From Zygnema circumcarinatum SAG 698-1b (taxonomy: Eukaryota; Plantae; Zygnematophyceae): a stretch of DNA of 64,000 bases. Below, in pieces: positions 1-13,220 of the stretch. The DNA lies in the NCBI GenBank assembly GCA_037447605.1, contig CM074817.1:1116001-1180000 (forward strand), read 5' to 3'. The notes below the pieces were generated by a model. The model saw only the letters and a list, made by a program, of their open reading frames with translations, did no database searches and was not told the origin of the DNA. Each line of letters starts with the position of its first letter. Within the stretch, counting starts at the first letter, position 1. A program made the position numbers and the translations under genes.

Positions 1-673
1 CAATGAGGTCGCTTACCGGTTGGATTTACCAGACCATATGAAGGTGCATCCGGTCTTTCATGTGGGATTGCTAAAAGCCTACCGCAGCGATGGGAGGATC
101 CAGCCACCTCCCCCACCAGTGGAACTTGAGGGTGAACTTGAGTATGAAGTTGAAACCATTCAAGCCCACCGTATTGTGAGAAAGGGTCGTTCTTCCCGTC
201 ACGAATACCTCGTGAAGTGGTTGGGCTATGGGGTTGAACATAGCACATGGGAAGCGAGGGAGCAACTTAACCAATGCCGAGGAGCTCATACACTTATGCT
301 GGGAGAGCGGCGGGCGCGGGGAGGGAAGCAGGCAGGCGGCTGGGGAGTTCAGGCGTCCTTGCGCTGGCTTCAGAAAGGACGGCCGGAGTTATCGGTAGGC
401 CTCCCGGTTATCCGCGTAGGATTCGGCGTCGCGGGTGAAACCCTACGGCTGCCTTCACCCGCGCACACGTGAGCGAGGCGTTCACATTCTCACGAGGGGA
501 GTAATGTAGCGGCCTTCACGATCACCGCGAGGAGGTGTACTTAGGGCGTACCCGTCTGGTACTCTCACCGAGGCGTGAGGCCGAGTGGTGAGCCCAGCAG
601 GGTGTTGAAGCAGGGTTTGCTCCCCACTTAGCCACCTTGGGTGTAAGCCCTCCCGTGGAGCAGGTTCCCAGGA
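1..673 (+). mobile_element. 3' end of a Ty3/Gypsy chromovirus: integrase C-terminus plus chromodomain, probable PPT and start of 3' LTR (decayed)
   Basis: Peptide HPVFHVGLLKAY...EYEVETIQAHR...EYLVKWLGYGVEHSTWE (about 20-270) is an integrase tail plus chromodomain, with an apparent +1 frameshift near 270. Purine tract GAGGGGAG at 494-501 is followed by TGTAGC at 505. Confidence 0.8.
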
Positions 674-2183
674 TGAACATTCAAACACTCAAGCTCTATC
701 TTACTTCACTCATAAGCCCATAACAACGGAATGAAGCTACAAGACTTAAGCAGTGAAATCCGCAATGAGAGAGAGTGTTAGGAGAAGCTCCGGCTCTAAA
801 ACTCCTTATAATAAGCTGTCTTCCACAGCCGGTGAAGTTCTCCCACTACTTCAAGGTCCCTCTCACTCACTACCTCACGACACAAGTGTAGGCAGCCTAG
901 CAGCACGAGCAGGCACAGAATAAGACCCGAGACTATGACAAAGTAGTGTGGGTGGGTTACTTCCCATAATAAAACTATGCAGCATATATATAATATGGCG
1001 TCGTGGCTATGACACACACATGTCACTGTCAGCGTCACACTCAATACAAGCTCATGCTGATGCGAGGTAGAGCGCACCGGGGAATAGCGACCGGCTAGGC
1101 TGCCCGCCACGTAAACCTACGGCGGCGCCGACCTAGTTCTTATTAAAACCGTACACACACATCCGTGCAGTGATGTCGCCCGTTTCGCCCGGGCCCGCTC
1201 CTTCGGTCTTAAAGCCATGAGCACACCTGGTAGTACACTTTCGAACTTCGCGGACCCACATTGCGAGTGGTCCCGCGTGGCGCATTCGGTTGCGCCGCCA
1301 AATATCTTCATATGCGTTTCGCGCGCAACTTTGCGCTCCGGCGTTTGGCGCGCGCCGCGTTCAATCAAAGTTCGCGTAGCCATTAGCGAATCAGCGGCGG
1401 CGCTGCCGACCAATCAAAGTTGGCGTCAGTTCTCTCCAGCGCCGCGTATTAGCCGGCGCCAGCGTCAATCGGCGCCGCTTCGTTAGGTACTCAGCACTCG
1501 CTGGCTGCCTCACAGAGTCGAGCACCGACATTCCTAAATCCCAAGAGCACTCGCCCTAGCGAATCTCATGTTCACACAAGCGGTACCACAACAAGTTAGT
1601 GTGTGCGTCTGATGTCTAACTATCATACACTAACACTAACAATCCCCCTCTTGGTACTTTCGGTTCCTCATGGGCCCCTAGCCCGGTGATCAACTCTTGT
1701 TCACTAGTAGTGTCTCCCGTGACCCCACTTGGTCAACATGCAGCGGCCTGGCTCTTTTGTTCCTACAAGAGCTTCACACATCATCCCTTCCTCTACCTAC
1801 TCTCGCACATAATGATATTGCACCCTAATGTGCTTGGTTCTCTTATGAAACACAGGGTTCTCCATGAGGGCTATAGATGACTGGTTGTCCGTAAAAAGAG
1901 TCAATGGTGTTTGTGGTTGCTTACATTCATCAAAGAAATGTTGGAACCACATCCCCTCCTTCGCTGCATGGCACGCTCCCATGTACTCTCCTTCGGTGCT
2001 CGACAGCGCCACCGAATCTTGTAACTTCGAGCTCCATGAGATCGCGCCTCCTCCGTTCAGGAACACAAATCCTGACGTCGATCGTGACGTGTCCACATCA
2101 CCTCCCCAATCAGAGTCGGTGTACCCGATCACTCTGGTTGGCCCCCTTTCAAATCTGAGACCGTAATCCAAGGTCCCTTTCAC
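674..2183 (-). mobile_element. 3' part of a Ty1/Copia element: RNase H, PPT and ~970 bp 3' LTR, apparently inserted in the Gypsy LTR
   Basis: Minus-strand GYTDSDWGGDVDTSRSTSG...ALSSTEGEY...DNQSSIAL...HKRTKHI (about 1800-2183). Minus-strand PPT AGGGGGAT is followed by TGTT starting at 1641. Probable LTR end TGAACA at 674. Shares AGCTCC..CTAAAACTCCTT motif with the Copia LTR at 6900. Left LTR boundary is inferred and the element is cut by the gap at 2184-2193. Confidence 0.75.
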
Positions 2184-2329
2184 NNNNNNNNNNGGCGCTC
2201 CGAGTGCGCCTTGCTGGATGATTTGCTGTTCCGTGGGCCGCCAACACATGGTACTGCCTTCTCGCATCCTCCGTTGGCAGCTCCTGGATTCTGCTGATCC
2301 GTGATTCTGAAGAGGCATATATCAAGTAC

Positions 2330-2562
2330 AACTGAACTGACGCGGATCCGTCGAGCGCAGCTCCACTACGCTACAACGCCAACGCCAAAACGACCTAATT
2401 TAGGTATGGTATGACCGTACGACCGTACGGTCCGTACGGTCGTTAATTGTTCAAAACGAGTGGGTATAATATATGTAATAAAGTGTTTTACTTTGTACTA
2501 TATTATACTACTTTTAAACCCGTATATAATATAGTCGGACTTTATAACGCGGGCCATCCCTA
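2330..2562 (-). mobile_element. Partial hAT-type MITE, same family as 25403-25819
   Basis: Reverse complement of the left ~220 bp of the MITE at 25403. Ends in TIR CCATCCCTA at 2554-2562; the other terminus is not found. Confidence 0.75.
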
Positions 2563-2981
2563 CTCTCGATACGTTGCCAGCTGGCAGTTTCGTCGTGGCT
2601 GCATCGTGACTATAGATCCGTATTAGGGAGAGTCAGACCTTGACCAGTGCCAAACCAATTCCGCGAGCCCGTCGGGCCAATTCCGCGTTGTACGGCAGGC
2701 CTTTTCCTCCAAAAGTGGACGTTCGACAGGTTCGGGCGCCGCGAATTCAAGAGAGCAATTATTTTACCTTTGTATCTCCGGGCCAGGTTTGACTCCCCCC
2801 TTTTTGCCCCCCCGCGCTCCCTCTGCCGCCCGCCGCCCGCCGCCCTCTATTTTGTCGCCACGCGCGCCTCACACGTGCGAGAGGCGCTCGCACATGCGCG
2901 ACGCGCATGGCGATTATGCGGGGTCAGACCTTGATATATTGAACTCACGATGGCTAGGCCATCAAACGTACATGAAGAAAG

Positions 2982-5558
2982 TACATTATACAGTGTATTA
3001 ATTAAGGAAAATGATACAGGCACCCCACTTTTTGGATATCCGCGCCCCCTTTCGGGAAAAAAACTGTACTTTCATGTTGGCTAATCAGGCCCCCCCCTTG
3101 GATCTTTCGGGAGGAGAGATCTTGTAGACAATCGGACCCCGCGCCTCGCGCGCAGGATCTGACTGTGGAGCGACGTACGGCACCGCGCATCGCGGCGTGG
3201 CCCGCGAGATGCGGCGAGCCTGTTGATGTATAGGTACATCATGGTGTTGGTACTTAGTTCCTAGCATGAAAGTTGTCCAGGAGATCATGCGTTGGTGTAG
3301 GGACAATGTCATGCATGAATGGTCATGTTTGGTGTTGGACCAAACATGGGGGATGCCCAAATGTTAGGGCAATGTACGGAAGGTCTAGGGAAGGTCTAGG
3401 GTCGTAGGATTGCGGCTTAGGCTTAGATCGTACCAAAGGGGGTGCGCTGGATGCGCATTAGTTGGTTTGGAGCGCGACTGTACGGACAGCGCGCGACTGT
3501 ACGGACGACGCGGAAATGTTCGGACGCGGAGGTCTTGGGCTTGAAAGGCGGATCTGCACTAGGCGACATGATTGGTCGCGCCAGAGTGCAGATCGCGACG
3601 CAATCTCCAAGCGGGACATGACTCATAATTAGGTATGTACTTTGGAGGTACGGATTATGGTCGGTGCTGAGGCACAGCGCGGCGGAGTCAGAAGTGACGT
3701 GGCGCGACGCGGCAGATTCGAAAGTGACAAGGCGCGCCGTCAGAATGTCGGCGCAGTGAATCAGGAGTGAGGAGGCGCTGCATCAGCAGTGTCTCATGTG
3801 GAGGACAGTGGCGAATCGGAAGGCGCCACGTGTCAGATTCGGGGTAAGGCCTGTAGGGCCTAGGTCGGTGGCGACCGTAGGCTTACGGGGTCCCACATGC
3901 AGCTGAGTTAGTGAGGAGTCAGATCGTACGGTGCAGGACGAGGATCAAGATGAGGCTGAGTTGGATCCGACGGGCTGAGGAGCTGGATCCGTGTGAGCCA
4001 AGGAGGATCCGACGGAGCACGATTAAGATCAGGATAAGGCCCTTGCAAGGCGCTGCATGGGTGGCCGTGACATGACGGCGTCACGTGACAATGGCCGCCA
4101 TAGTATATGAGGGAGCAAGCTTGGCTCCCTACTTACTCACTCGTACTCACTCACTCGGAACGTTATGCTGCTCAACCTTCGTGTTAGGAAGAGTAGGCAG
4201 AGGCTGAGGCCTTGAGGAGTCCGGCCTTGTGTAGGAGGTCGTGAAAGAACTGTCTCTCATCATGGTTAGTTCTAGTGAAAGAGTTAGAGATGTGTCCCTC
4301 TCGTGTTGAGGTAGAGGAGAAGTTCCAGCAAGCATATAGTGCTTAGCTACTGCAGTTGGGGTGTAAGCTATCTATCAGAGGATAGGGTAGTGCTCATGAG
4401 AGGAGGAGAATCGAGCATAAGGTTATATGTAGATTTCTTAAGAGAGCTTGTATTACACCTTTGAATGTTAAGGAGTTTTAGGGCCGAGGGCTTTCTCCTT
4501 ATACTTGTGTCATTCGTCACATGTGAGTCCTTGTGTTGGATTGGAGTGATGAATAGGTGGAGGCGACCATTGTATGGGCAGTGTGTCGCGTCACACGTGG
4601 AGACCATTGGAGGAGCGTGGAGCTGAAGGAGCCGAGACCATATAGGAGATGAAGAAGTGTTCTTGTAGGTGGCGTGTTTTGTTATCCGCTGTGCGTACCT
4701 GGTGAGGGGAGGAAGAGAAGGCATAACGTGGCGGAAGCGGGATGTGGCCTAAGTAGAAGTGGAAGAAGTTTTGGAGTTTCACTCAAGCATGTTTTATCCT
4801 TCCACTAGTCTCTCCAGTCCTGCCCCCTCACACCAACAGAGCCTACGGAAACGTTGTCCTCACCTGACCCTTTTTGGGTCAGAGGTTGCTACGTGGCAAT
4901 CTACCATTGGACAGCCCTGCTGCCGGTCCCCCATGCCGATACAGTGGACCACCATAATATTTTCGCCATGGTTTTAGCAAATACTGGGCCAAAATATTGT
5001 AATTTGCAAATATAAGGTCCGTGTTACCAATAGGCGAGCGGTATTATGTTAGAGTTCATGTACGTCCGTACNNNNNNNNNNCGATACGATACGTACGGAC
5101 GTACATGAACTCTAACATAATACCGCTCGCCTATTGGTAACACGGACCTTATATTTGCAAATTACAATATTTTGGCCCAGTATTTGCTAAAACCATGGCG
5201 AAAATATTATGGTGGTCCACCGTATCGGCATGGGGGACCGGCAGCAGGGCTGTCCAATCGTAGATTGCCACGTAGCAACCTCTGACCCAAAAAGGGTCAG
5301 GTGAGGACAACGTTTCCGTAGGCTCGCCGCATCTCGCGGGCCATGCCGCGATGCGCGGTGCCGTATGTCGGTGCACAGTCGAATCCTGCGCGCGAGGCGC
5401 GGGGTCCGATTGTCTACAAGATCTCTCCTCCCGAAAGATCCAAGGGGGGGGCGTGATTAGCCAAAATGAAAGTACAGTTTTTTCCCGAAAGGGGGCGCGG
5501 ATTTCCAAAAAGTGGGGCGCCTGTATCATTTTTCTTAATTAATACACTGTCTAATGTA
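2982..5558. repeat. Long inverted repeat (~470 bp arms) centred on the N gap at 5072-5081; left arm split by a solo LTR
   Basis: 2982-3220 is the reverse complement of 5321-5558, and 4844-5071 is the reverse complement of about 5093-5320. Confidence 0.9.
3221..4838 (+). mobile_element. Solo LTR (1618 bp), probably Copia-related
   Basis: TGTTG...CAACA termini with a perfect 5-bp TSD GAGCC (3216-3220, 4839-4843). No coding domains. Motif GTGTTGG(T/C)(A/G)CTTAGTTCCTAG is shared with the Copia LTR near 11520-11545. Confidence 0.9.
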
Positions 5559-6899
5559 AAAACCCTAAAAACACGCGTTTGATACATACGGATCTATAAT
5601 TGTGACGGCGGAGAGTGTCGGCTTCTGGATCCAAGACAAGATCGCTTTGTCATTTTTTGCTAGCTGTCGTGCTGTCACCACCCCACTGGATGTTCGGTTG
5701 TCGGCGCAATTCGTCCTTTCGAACGGAAGGCTCGAATCTTTGTACAATTTATTTGTCGTTAGAGCCACGTCGACATCCATGCAGGCAGAGGACAAAGAAC
5801 CCACAGGGCAGTTTAGAGCCGCAGGACAAAGGGACTTCAATATGTTGCCAAGTTCCATGATAGCCAGTTACTGTTAAACTGAACGGTTCCCGGATCGGCG
5901 CACAAGTGTCCGGGTCATATGGCCGTTCGCGACCAAAAGGCCATGACATTTGAACCAACCAACCAGCCAACCAATGAATTGCCAACCATTCAATTGCTGT
6001 GGTATGAACCATGAGACCATGAGATTGGAACGAACCAACCAACCAACCAACCAGCCAACCAATGAATTGCCAACCATTCAATTGATGTGATATGAACCAT
6101 GAGACCATGAGATTGGAACGAAGCAAACAATTAACCCTTGGATCGCCAACCATTCAATTGATGTTGTCTGAACCATGAGACCATGAGATTGGAACGAACC
6201 TACAAACCAACCAACCCTTGGGTCGCCAACCATTCAACTCATGGTTGTCTGGGTCGCAGCAAACCAATCTTCGCAACCATTGGCAACGGTCGACCATTGG
6301 GCCCAATGCTTGGCTCCCACTAGCAATGGGATTGGTTTAGCTGTTGGCTCAGTTCAGAATTTGGTGACTATTAAATAAAGTCAACGAAAACGTTGACTGG
6401 CGAGCCAGTACAGTACCGCACAGACGCTGCTTAGTTCCATGATGTTGTTGGCACGTCCTTCCCTGCAGCAGCCGTTCAGTTACACATGTAGCGCACAGTT
6501 GGCTAGGACCGACTAGGACCAGGACCATTTTGCAAATCAGCATCCACTAACGATCATTCGCCACGTGTACCATCGTGACACGTGGCACGTACTCATTGGG
6601 AGATGCTCGGCCACAGCCTATAGAGCCCCCTTTCTAAACTGGCCCACCGCCGCGCCATCTCGAGCATCGGCTTCCTTCCCCTACCTCGGGAATTCCTGCC
6701 GGCTCTCCCATCCACTCTACCACCCTCCCTCCCCGTCCCTCCATAACTGTCTAACTGATAGGCAGATTGGCAGATTAGCAGATTGACTGTCAACGTGAAC
6801 TGGAACTGGACTTGAAACTGTCTGAGCATGGAAGCAGTTCCATGACACAACTTCAAGTTATGGAGAGGTTATTTTCTATTGATGTCATATTCTTGTATC

Positions 6900-9800
6900 T
6901 GTGAGAGGGGCAGAGGGATGAGAAGCAAATTCACCTTCCACCCTTTCTCCCTCTTCACTGTCCATGGAAACTTCCCTCCTGGTGCCCGCAGCACTCTCAC
7001 TCATTTTTCACTCACGTGCATACACAACACACGAGAGGCGGAATAGAAAAACGTAGGAGAAAGCTCCCAGCCTAAAACTCCTTTATGATGACAAGCTTTC
7101 CAACTCAAGCCCCCATAAGCCTAGTCAAGCTTTCACCACATGATCACTTCACCTNNNNNNNNNNGCCGGGGTTCTCCATGAATCTGCTTGCCGTGCTCAC
7201 GGCTTTCGCAAGGTCAGGCCTCGTGCCTGTCATCAAATACATGAGGCTCCCAATCGCAGATCGATATGGCACTCCTGCCATTGCCTTTGCCTCCTCCTCT
7301 GTAGACGGGGACATCTCCTTCGTGAAGCGAACTCCAGCCTCCATGGGACTTGTGCATGGCCTGCACTCCCACATGTTGAACTTCCGCAACACATCTTCTG
7401 CATACTTCCTTTGACAAAGGAATAGCGAACCATCTGGCCCCCTCTTCAGCTGGATCCCCAAGAGATATTGGGCCTCTCCAAGGTCAGTCATCTGGAAATT
7501 CTCCTGCAAGAGCTCCTTCAACTCTGCAATGCTGCGAAGAGACTTGCTGATCATGATCAGGTCATCCACATAGACCCCAACAAACAACTTATCATCATCT
7601 TCGCCAACTGAGTACACACAAGTATCAGTCTCAAAACGATCAAGCCCATAGCCCTGTTAGAGTTCATCGATCTTCTCATACCACACGCGAGGGGCCTGCT
7701 TCAGCCCATACAAACTCTTCACGAGTCTGCACACAAGGTTCTCCTTTCCCTTCTCGCGTTTCCCCTCTGGCTGCTCCATGTATATCTCTTCATCAAGATC
7801 TCCATACAAGAAAGCAGTCTTGATGTCCAACTGGTGGACATGCATCCCCTCTGCGGCTGCAATAGAAATGAGGGAGCGGAGGGAGTTGAACTTCACCACA
7901 GGAGCGAAGGTCTCTGTGTAGTCAACTCCTTCCTTCTGACTGTAGCCCTTGGCCACGAGTCGCGCCTTGTACCTATCAATGCTGCCGTCCGCCTTCCTCT
8001 TCACCTTGAAGACCCATTTGCAGCCGATGGCACGCCTCCCAGGTGGGAGCTTCTCCAAGCGCCAAGTCTGATTCTCAATCAGACTGTTCCACTCACTATC
8101 AATGGCCTCCTGCCACTTGATCTGATCTGGCCCCTCAACAGCTTCCCCGTAAGTCTGAGGCTCAACAGCATGGGCCATGTAACAATGGGCAATCATGTCC
8201 ATGTCACCTGAGAATGATGCAGAATGATCCTGGGCATTCTTTCGTGCTTTCTTCCGCATGCGCTTCGTAGGCACAGCCGGACTGAAACGATTTGGAGGCC
8301 GCCTGGTCCTCCCACTTGTCTTCTCCATCACGGAGGGATGCTCTTGAGGCTGCTCCACAGCTCGCATTGGAGCTGACACTTCCTCCTCTGGCTCATCAGC
8401 CATCTCCTCCAGCAACTCTTCATTCGCCGCTGCACGTGGTTCTGAAGCCACCAACTTATGCGGCATGCTGGCTGCCTCCTCTCGTGAACTGGAGGTCTCC
8501 TCCTGAGACTTCGTAGCTGATGCCTCCACCGATGGTCCCACAGACTCCTTGCATGTCTCCCCAATCTGGAGAACCCAAAGAATTAAAGGTCACCGTTGTC
8601 TCATCATCACTCCTGGTTTCTCAGGCCGTCGTAAATGAATAGGACGTGACAGTATGCGTCTGAGCTTAAATAGCACGCAGCACCTTCTCCTGCTAAGTGA
8701 CTCACCTCAATTCACCTTCATGAGTGAATCCGAGTGAACACAACTCATCAGCACGCCTCCATGAGTGGGTAAAGGGCATGTCATCTCATCAGCCTCTGGC
8801 ATGCTCCTGATCTGTCTATCTGTATTAAACTACACACCTCTCACACAATAGGCATGCCCAAAAAAAAAAGCTGCCTTGGGAAAAACTTCCCTCCACGCGC
8901 GACCTTCGGTATCGCATACCAGCACTTTGATCCAAATGCTTTCAAGTGTCCCACAGTGGGCTTCGTCCCACTCCACACCTCATCGCAATCATCCTCCAAG
9001 ACCACGACTCCACACTGCTCTCACATAAGCCGCACTATCAATGCTTTCCCCAAAATGTCACAGAAATGGTGAGTCATGCAACATCGCCCTCGCCATGTCT
9101 CCAAGAGTCTCCTCAAGGTTTCACTTCTCTCGCAGCCCATTATCAAGGCGTAGTAATGGAGCAGAGAACTCCTGCTTGATTCCTAAGCCTCTCAAATACT
9201 CACTGAACACCTTGTTCTTGAATTCTCCTCCATTGTCTGAACGGAGGTTCTTGAGTAGATGGCCGCTCTCCCGCTCTGCACGCATCTTCCAAGCTCTGAA
9301 GGCTGGATAAGCGTCAGACTTCTGTGTCAAGAGCACCACCCAAATCTTTCGTGAGTAGTCATCAAGGAAAGTGATGAAATATCGACTTCCTCCCAAGCTC
9401 GCTGGGGTGATGGGGCCACACAAGTCTGTGTGCACAAGCGCCAACGGCTCCTTGGCGCGCCCCTCTCCATCTCCTCTTCGCACGAATGGCCCACGATGGA
9501 TCTTCCCTTTAATGCAGTCTTCGCAAATCCTCTGTGGATCAACCGCACCCTCCAAGTCCAAGCCTCGACCAACCCCTTCTGAGCTAACTCCCGCATGGCT
9601 CGAAAACTCACATGCCCAAGCCTCCCACCTGTTGCTTCCCTACCTCATTCCACTTGTCACAAGGAAAATTGGTTCCTTCTTTCTTCAGTTATTCACTGAA
9701 GGATGACAGCTCTCTCGGTGGCCTGAAAATAAGACATTCCCAGTCTTCTTATGCTCAGCCACGCAATCCCCGCTTATCAAAGGTGATGAAGAACCCCTGC

Positions 9801-11577
9801 CACACTTGTCCAGAGACACAAAGTTGTGCCTAACCCAGGGGCCAAAGGACGTCACCATCACTGTAGCGTCCCTTCACTCTCTCCTCCTAAGACGATCCTC
9901 ACGTCGCCTCCGCTGGTCACCTTCACTTCCTCACCAGTCGCTGACTGAACTGAACGAGGGGCCTGGAGCGATCTCATCTCGTAGAACAACCCCCAGTCTG
10001 CACACATGTGCGTCGACGCCCCTGAATCAATGAGCCACGGCTTCTCGGGTCCTTCACACATTCTCCCCACAAACTCCACATGCTCCTTCTCAGCAAACAT
10101 CAAGTTTGTATCAGTAGCAGCACTTCTGCAATCAATGCTCTTGTGACCCTTCTTCTTGCACTTGAAGCAAGCGCCTGTGAACTCCTTCTTGCTCGACTTC
10201 GTCTTGGCGTCCCCTCCCTTCACTTGGGCCGCCTTGCCGGAACGGCACTCGTTGGAGTAGTGACCTGGCTTCCCACAAGTGAAGCATGTCCCCTTGGGAC
10301 GATCTCCGCCACCTCCTCCTTTCGCCTTGCCTTTCCCAAAAGGCTTCCCCTTCATCGCCAACATGCTCTCACTCGCATCGGATGCGTCATGAAGAGCGTC
10401 CTCTTCACGAATCCGCTTCTTCACCTGCTCAAAGGTCAAAGAAGAAGTGGTAAGAACTGTTCGAAGGGCGCTGCATGTGCCGTCAAAGCGACTGGGCAAA
10501 CCAACCAAGAACTGGCTGATCTTATGATCTGACTCAAGACCCTGCCGTCACCGCGGAAGCGCTGCGTGAGCTGCCAAGGCGCCCCATATAGTCAGTCAAC
10601 TCTCATCCAGCTTCACTAGTCTTCCCGAGCTTCCGTATTGCCAGTCCACAAGCCTGCACGCACCTCACATCGTACATGTCCTCCAAACTTCTTCCACATC
10701 TCTCGTGTGAGATCCTGGGGTCGTGGGCGTGTGTGAAGGCGTCCCCCTTCACACTCATTGCAATCTGAGTGTGATCACCCTCTCTATCACGGGCCTTCCA
10801 CTTTGCAAGCTCCTCCACGGATGTCCACCGGCGCGGCCCTTACCTTCCCAGTCACGTGACCAAGAAGTCGCTCCTTCAAGTGTGGAGGTGACACTGCGTC
10901 CCTTGTAGTCCCCATGGATAGGGGACATTAAACTTCACACTAGCCCCGGTTTCCTCTTCACCATGAGCTCTGATACCACTTGTGAGAGGGGCAGAGGGAT
11001 GAGAAGCAAATTCACCTTCCACCCTTTCTCCCTCTTCACTGTCCATGGAAACTTCCCTCCTGGTGCCCGCAGCACTCTCACTCATTTTTCACTCACGTGC
11101 ATACACAACACACGAGAGGCGGAATAGAAAAACGTAGGAGAAAGCTCCCAGCCTAAAACTCCTTTATGATGACAAGCTTTCCAACTCAAGCCCCCATAAG
11201 CCTAGTCAAGCTTTCACCACATGATCACTTCACCTTCACGTGAGGCAGCTCTCCACACACGGAGACTCCTCACAAAGGTCCACCTCCTGTTGCCAAAGCC
11301 ATGCCTTCAAACTGCCATAGCCTTGCAATGCATATCAAGAAGGTTTTTAACTTACACACCCACTCTCACTATATAGTATGGGNNNNNNNNNNGTACTGTC
11401 CGTACCGACCGTACGGTCCGTACGGTCCATACTATCCGTACGGTTGCGCGGTCGGTCTCGCCGCCACGCACACGCTGAAGTAAGTCCGTCCCCATACATG
11501 TCACACCTAGAAGCACACCCCTAGGAACTAAGCGCCAACACAAACATGCTAATCTGAACTAACTATGTACACTAACA
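6900..11577 (-). mobile_element. Ty1/Copia LTR retrotransposon, both LTRs present, internally frameshifted
   Basis: TSD GTATC (6895-6899, 11578-11582). 5' LTR 10981-11577; tRNA-iMet PBS TGGTATCAGAGC at 10978-10967. Gag with two CCHC knuckles, protease LIDSGAS, integrase (VHTDLCGP, LRSDNGGEF), RT (YKARLVAKGYSQKEGVDY, QLDIKTAFL, YVDDL). 3' LTR 6900-7154 is cut by a gap that also hides RNase H. Confidence 0.95.
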
Positions 11578-11874
11578 GTATCTTGGATTCTTTTCCGTGT
11601 CTCAAGCATCACATTTGTTTGTTGCAAAGTGAGACGGTTTTCAAAACGAGCATTTCTATGCTATTGACCTCAACTCCATACTCTTCTCATCTAGCAAAAC
11701 AAAGTCCCTTAGTCGAAAAACATGACTGAAGCACATCACATCTCAAAGACCATACGGATCCAAGGAGCTCGTCCGACGCAAAACGTAACTGACCCTCACC
11801 ATGTAAACCCTAAAGTACTCGTCAACCTTCCTGCCCACCTGACGTGGGAAGCCACCCCCTTTTCCATCCCTAAC

Positions 11875-12097
11875 CTAACTCCCCACTTTGAATGCATCCA
11901 CGTAGAGCCCGTAGACGAAGCCAGCCTTCCAATAGTTAGAGAGCTGCAGAACATAGCGCATGAGCTTCATGAGAGGCCGATCGCTCCTTATCAGAAATTT
12001 GTACAACAACGTTCCTTGCAGCTCCAAGATGGCCACTATGAAACCGGCGACCAATACATCCCAGTCGCCTGTTTGACCAATAATGGTCGAGATTGAG
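11875..12097 (-). pseudogene. ycf20: Duplicated 3' coding half of Ycf20-like gene (possibly recruited as a last exon)
   Basis: Encodes STIIGQTGDWDVLVAGFIVAILELQGTLLYKFLIRSDRPLMKLMRYVLQLSNYWKAGFVYGLYVDAFKVGS*. About 7 substitutions and no indels vs 18456-18678. Similarity stops abruptly at 12097. Confidence 0.85.
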
Positions 12098-12134
12098 AGA
12101 GAGGAAGAAGCGAGTAAGGAGCCATCCTATGCAC

Positions 12135-13188
12135 CTTCATGTGAAGTAATTGAAACTCCTTTGCGTCGGCGCATCCACCAAACGAAAACAACGAGCGCTG
12201 CTGCCAAAATAAGGCCAACAGAAACTGCTATTGGAACAACAATAGGAACGAGATTTGGACTCGATTTTTCCTCGTCACCTGCATCTGTCACAAAACCGAC
12301 AGCACAGCAATGCATAGGAATTAGAGTGTGGCTGGTCGATAAACCCCACAGTGTGGAGCATTCGTTGAGCATGAACGACTGCACCGCAAGCATCAATACG
12401 TACTTTCTCAAGCTATGCATCTGCACAGAAAATCACATTCCTTTGTCATTCCTCGAGCTACGCAAATTTCTCTTCGAATAGCAGCAATGTCAAACTCGCA
12501 GGTTATCTTGCTGCTGCAAATGGAGTGTTGATAGGTTGTTGTTGAAGCATGCACAGGATTGGGATGAGTCGAGAAGATTATCGAAAGCTAACACATGATA
12601 TCAGAGCGGCTCATCCTAGTACACTCTGCCCCGTTTTCTGAATGAGCTTGCAGAGTCCACCAAGTAATATGTGCGATGTAGTTCTAGAAGTTCAAGTATT
12701 GAACCTCGTCTATGGATCGCGTTCAGCGTGCTCTACCAACAGCGGCAGCGTGAGAGATAGAGCCACCACCCCTGCGCCCCTATCCCCAGGCCGCGCCCCC
12801 TTCTCCCTCCCTTCCGTACGAGTGTCCCCCGGCCCGCAGCTCACCGCACAGCGCATATCCCGCTTCGCATGTGCACGTACGCGTGGCGTGCCCGCACGTG
12901 CCGCGGCCCCCGCACGCTCCCTCGGGCGACCCGCTCTGGCAGAAGGCCGCGCACTGTTTCCGAGGTCTCTGCGAAAGAGCTGCGCCACATCCTGTGATAT
13001 TGCGGTAAATGCAGTTGTTGGAGGGGAAGTCGCAAACAGGTAGCCCGTTCCGTGTAATGTTAACTGGTCCGGAGAAGTAGTTGTCTTCGAAATGCAAAAC
13101 GAAGTAGGGGTTATTGCTCGCAAGGGATATGGAGCCAGTCAACGTGTTGTCGTTTAAGTGCCTGATGACAGTAAGGGTGGCACGTTAA

Positions 13189-13220
<32 letters not shown>

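Larger units (their letters stand above)
2611..5598. mobile_element. Non-autonomous DNA transposon with 13-bp TIR TATAGATCCGTAT and 8-bp TSD (copy A), carrying a palindrome and a solo LTR
   Basis: Starts TATAGATCCGTAT and ends ATACGGATCTATA. TSD ATCGTGAC (2603-2610) vs ATTGTGAC (5599-5606). The flanks rejoin to match the uninterrupted sequence near 17080-17130. Confidence 0.85.
5599..12097. repeat. Copy 1 of a local segmental duplication (2566-2610 + 5599-6899 + 11583-12097), homologous to about 17075-18678
   Basis: Collinear sequence match once the TIR element and the Copia are removed. Includes the AACCAACCAGCC-repeat block, the Ycf20 3' flank and the Ycf20 3' coding sequence. Confidence 0.9.

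Noticed and set aside
5565-6153. ORFs in the duplicated spacer (also 16918-17647) as a transposase
   Set aside because: No DDE or other motif recognised, frames are not conserved between the two copies, and much of it is AACC repeat.
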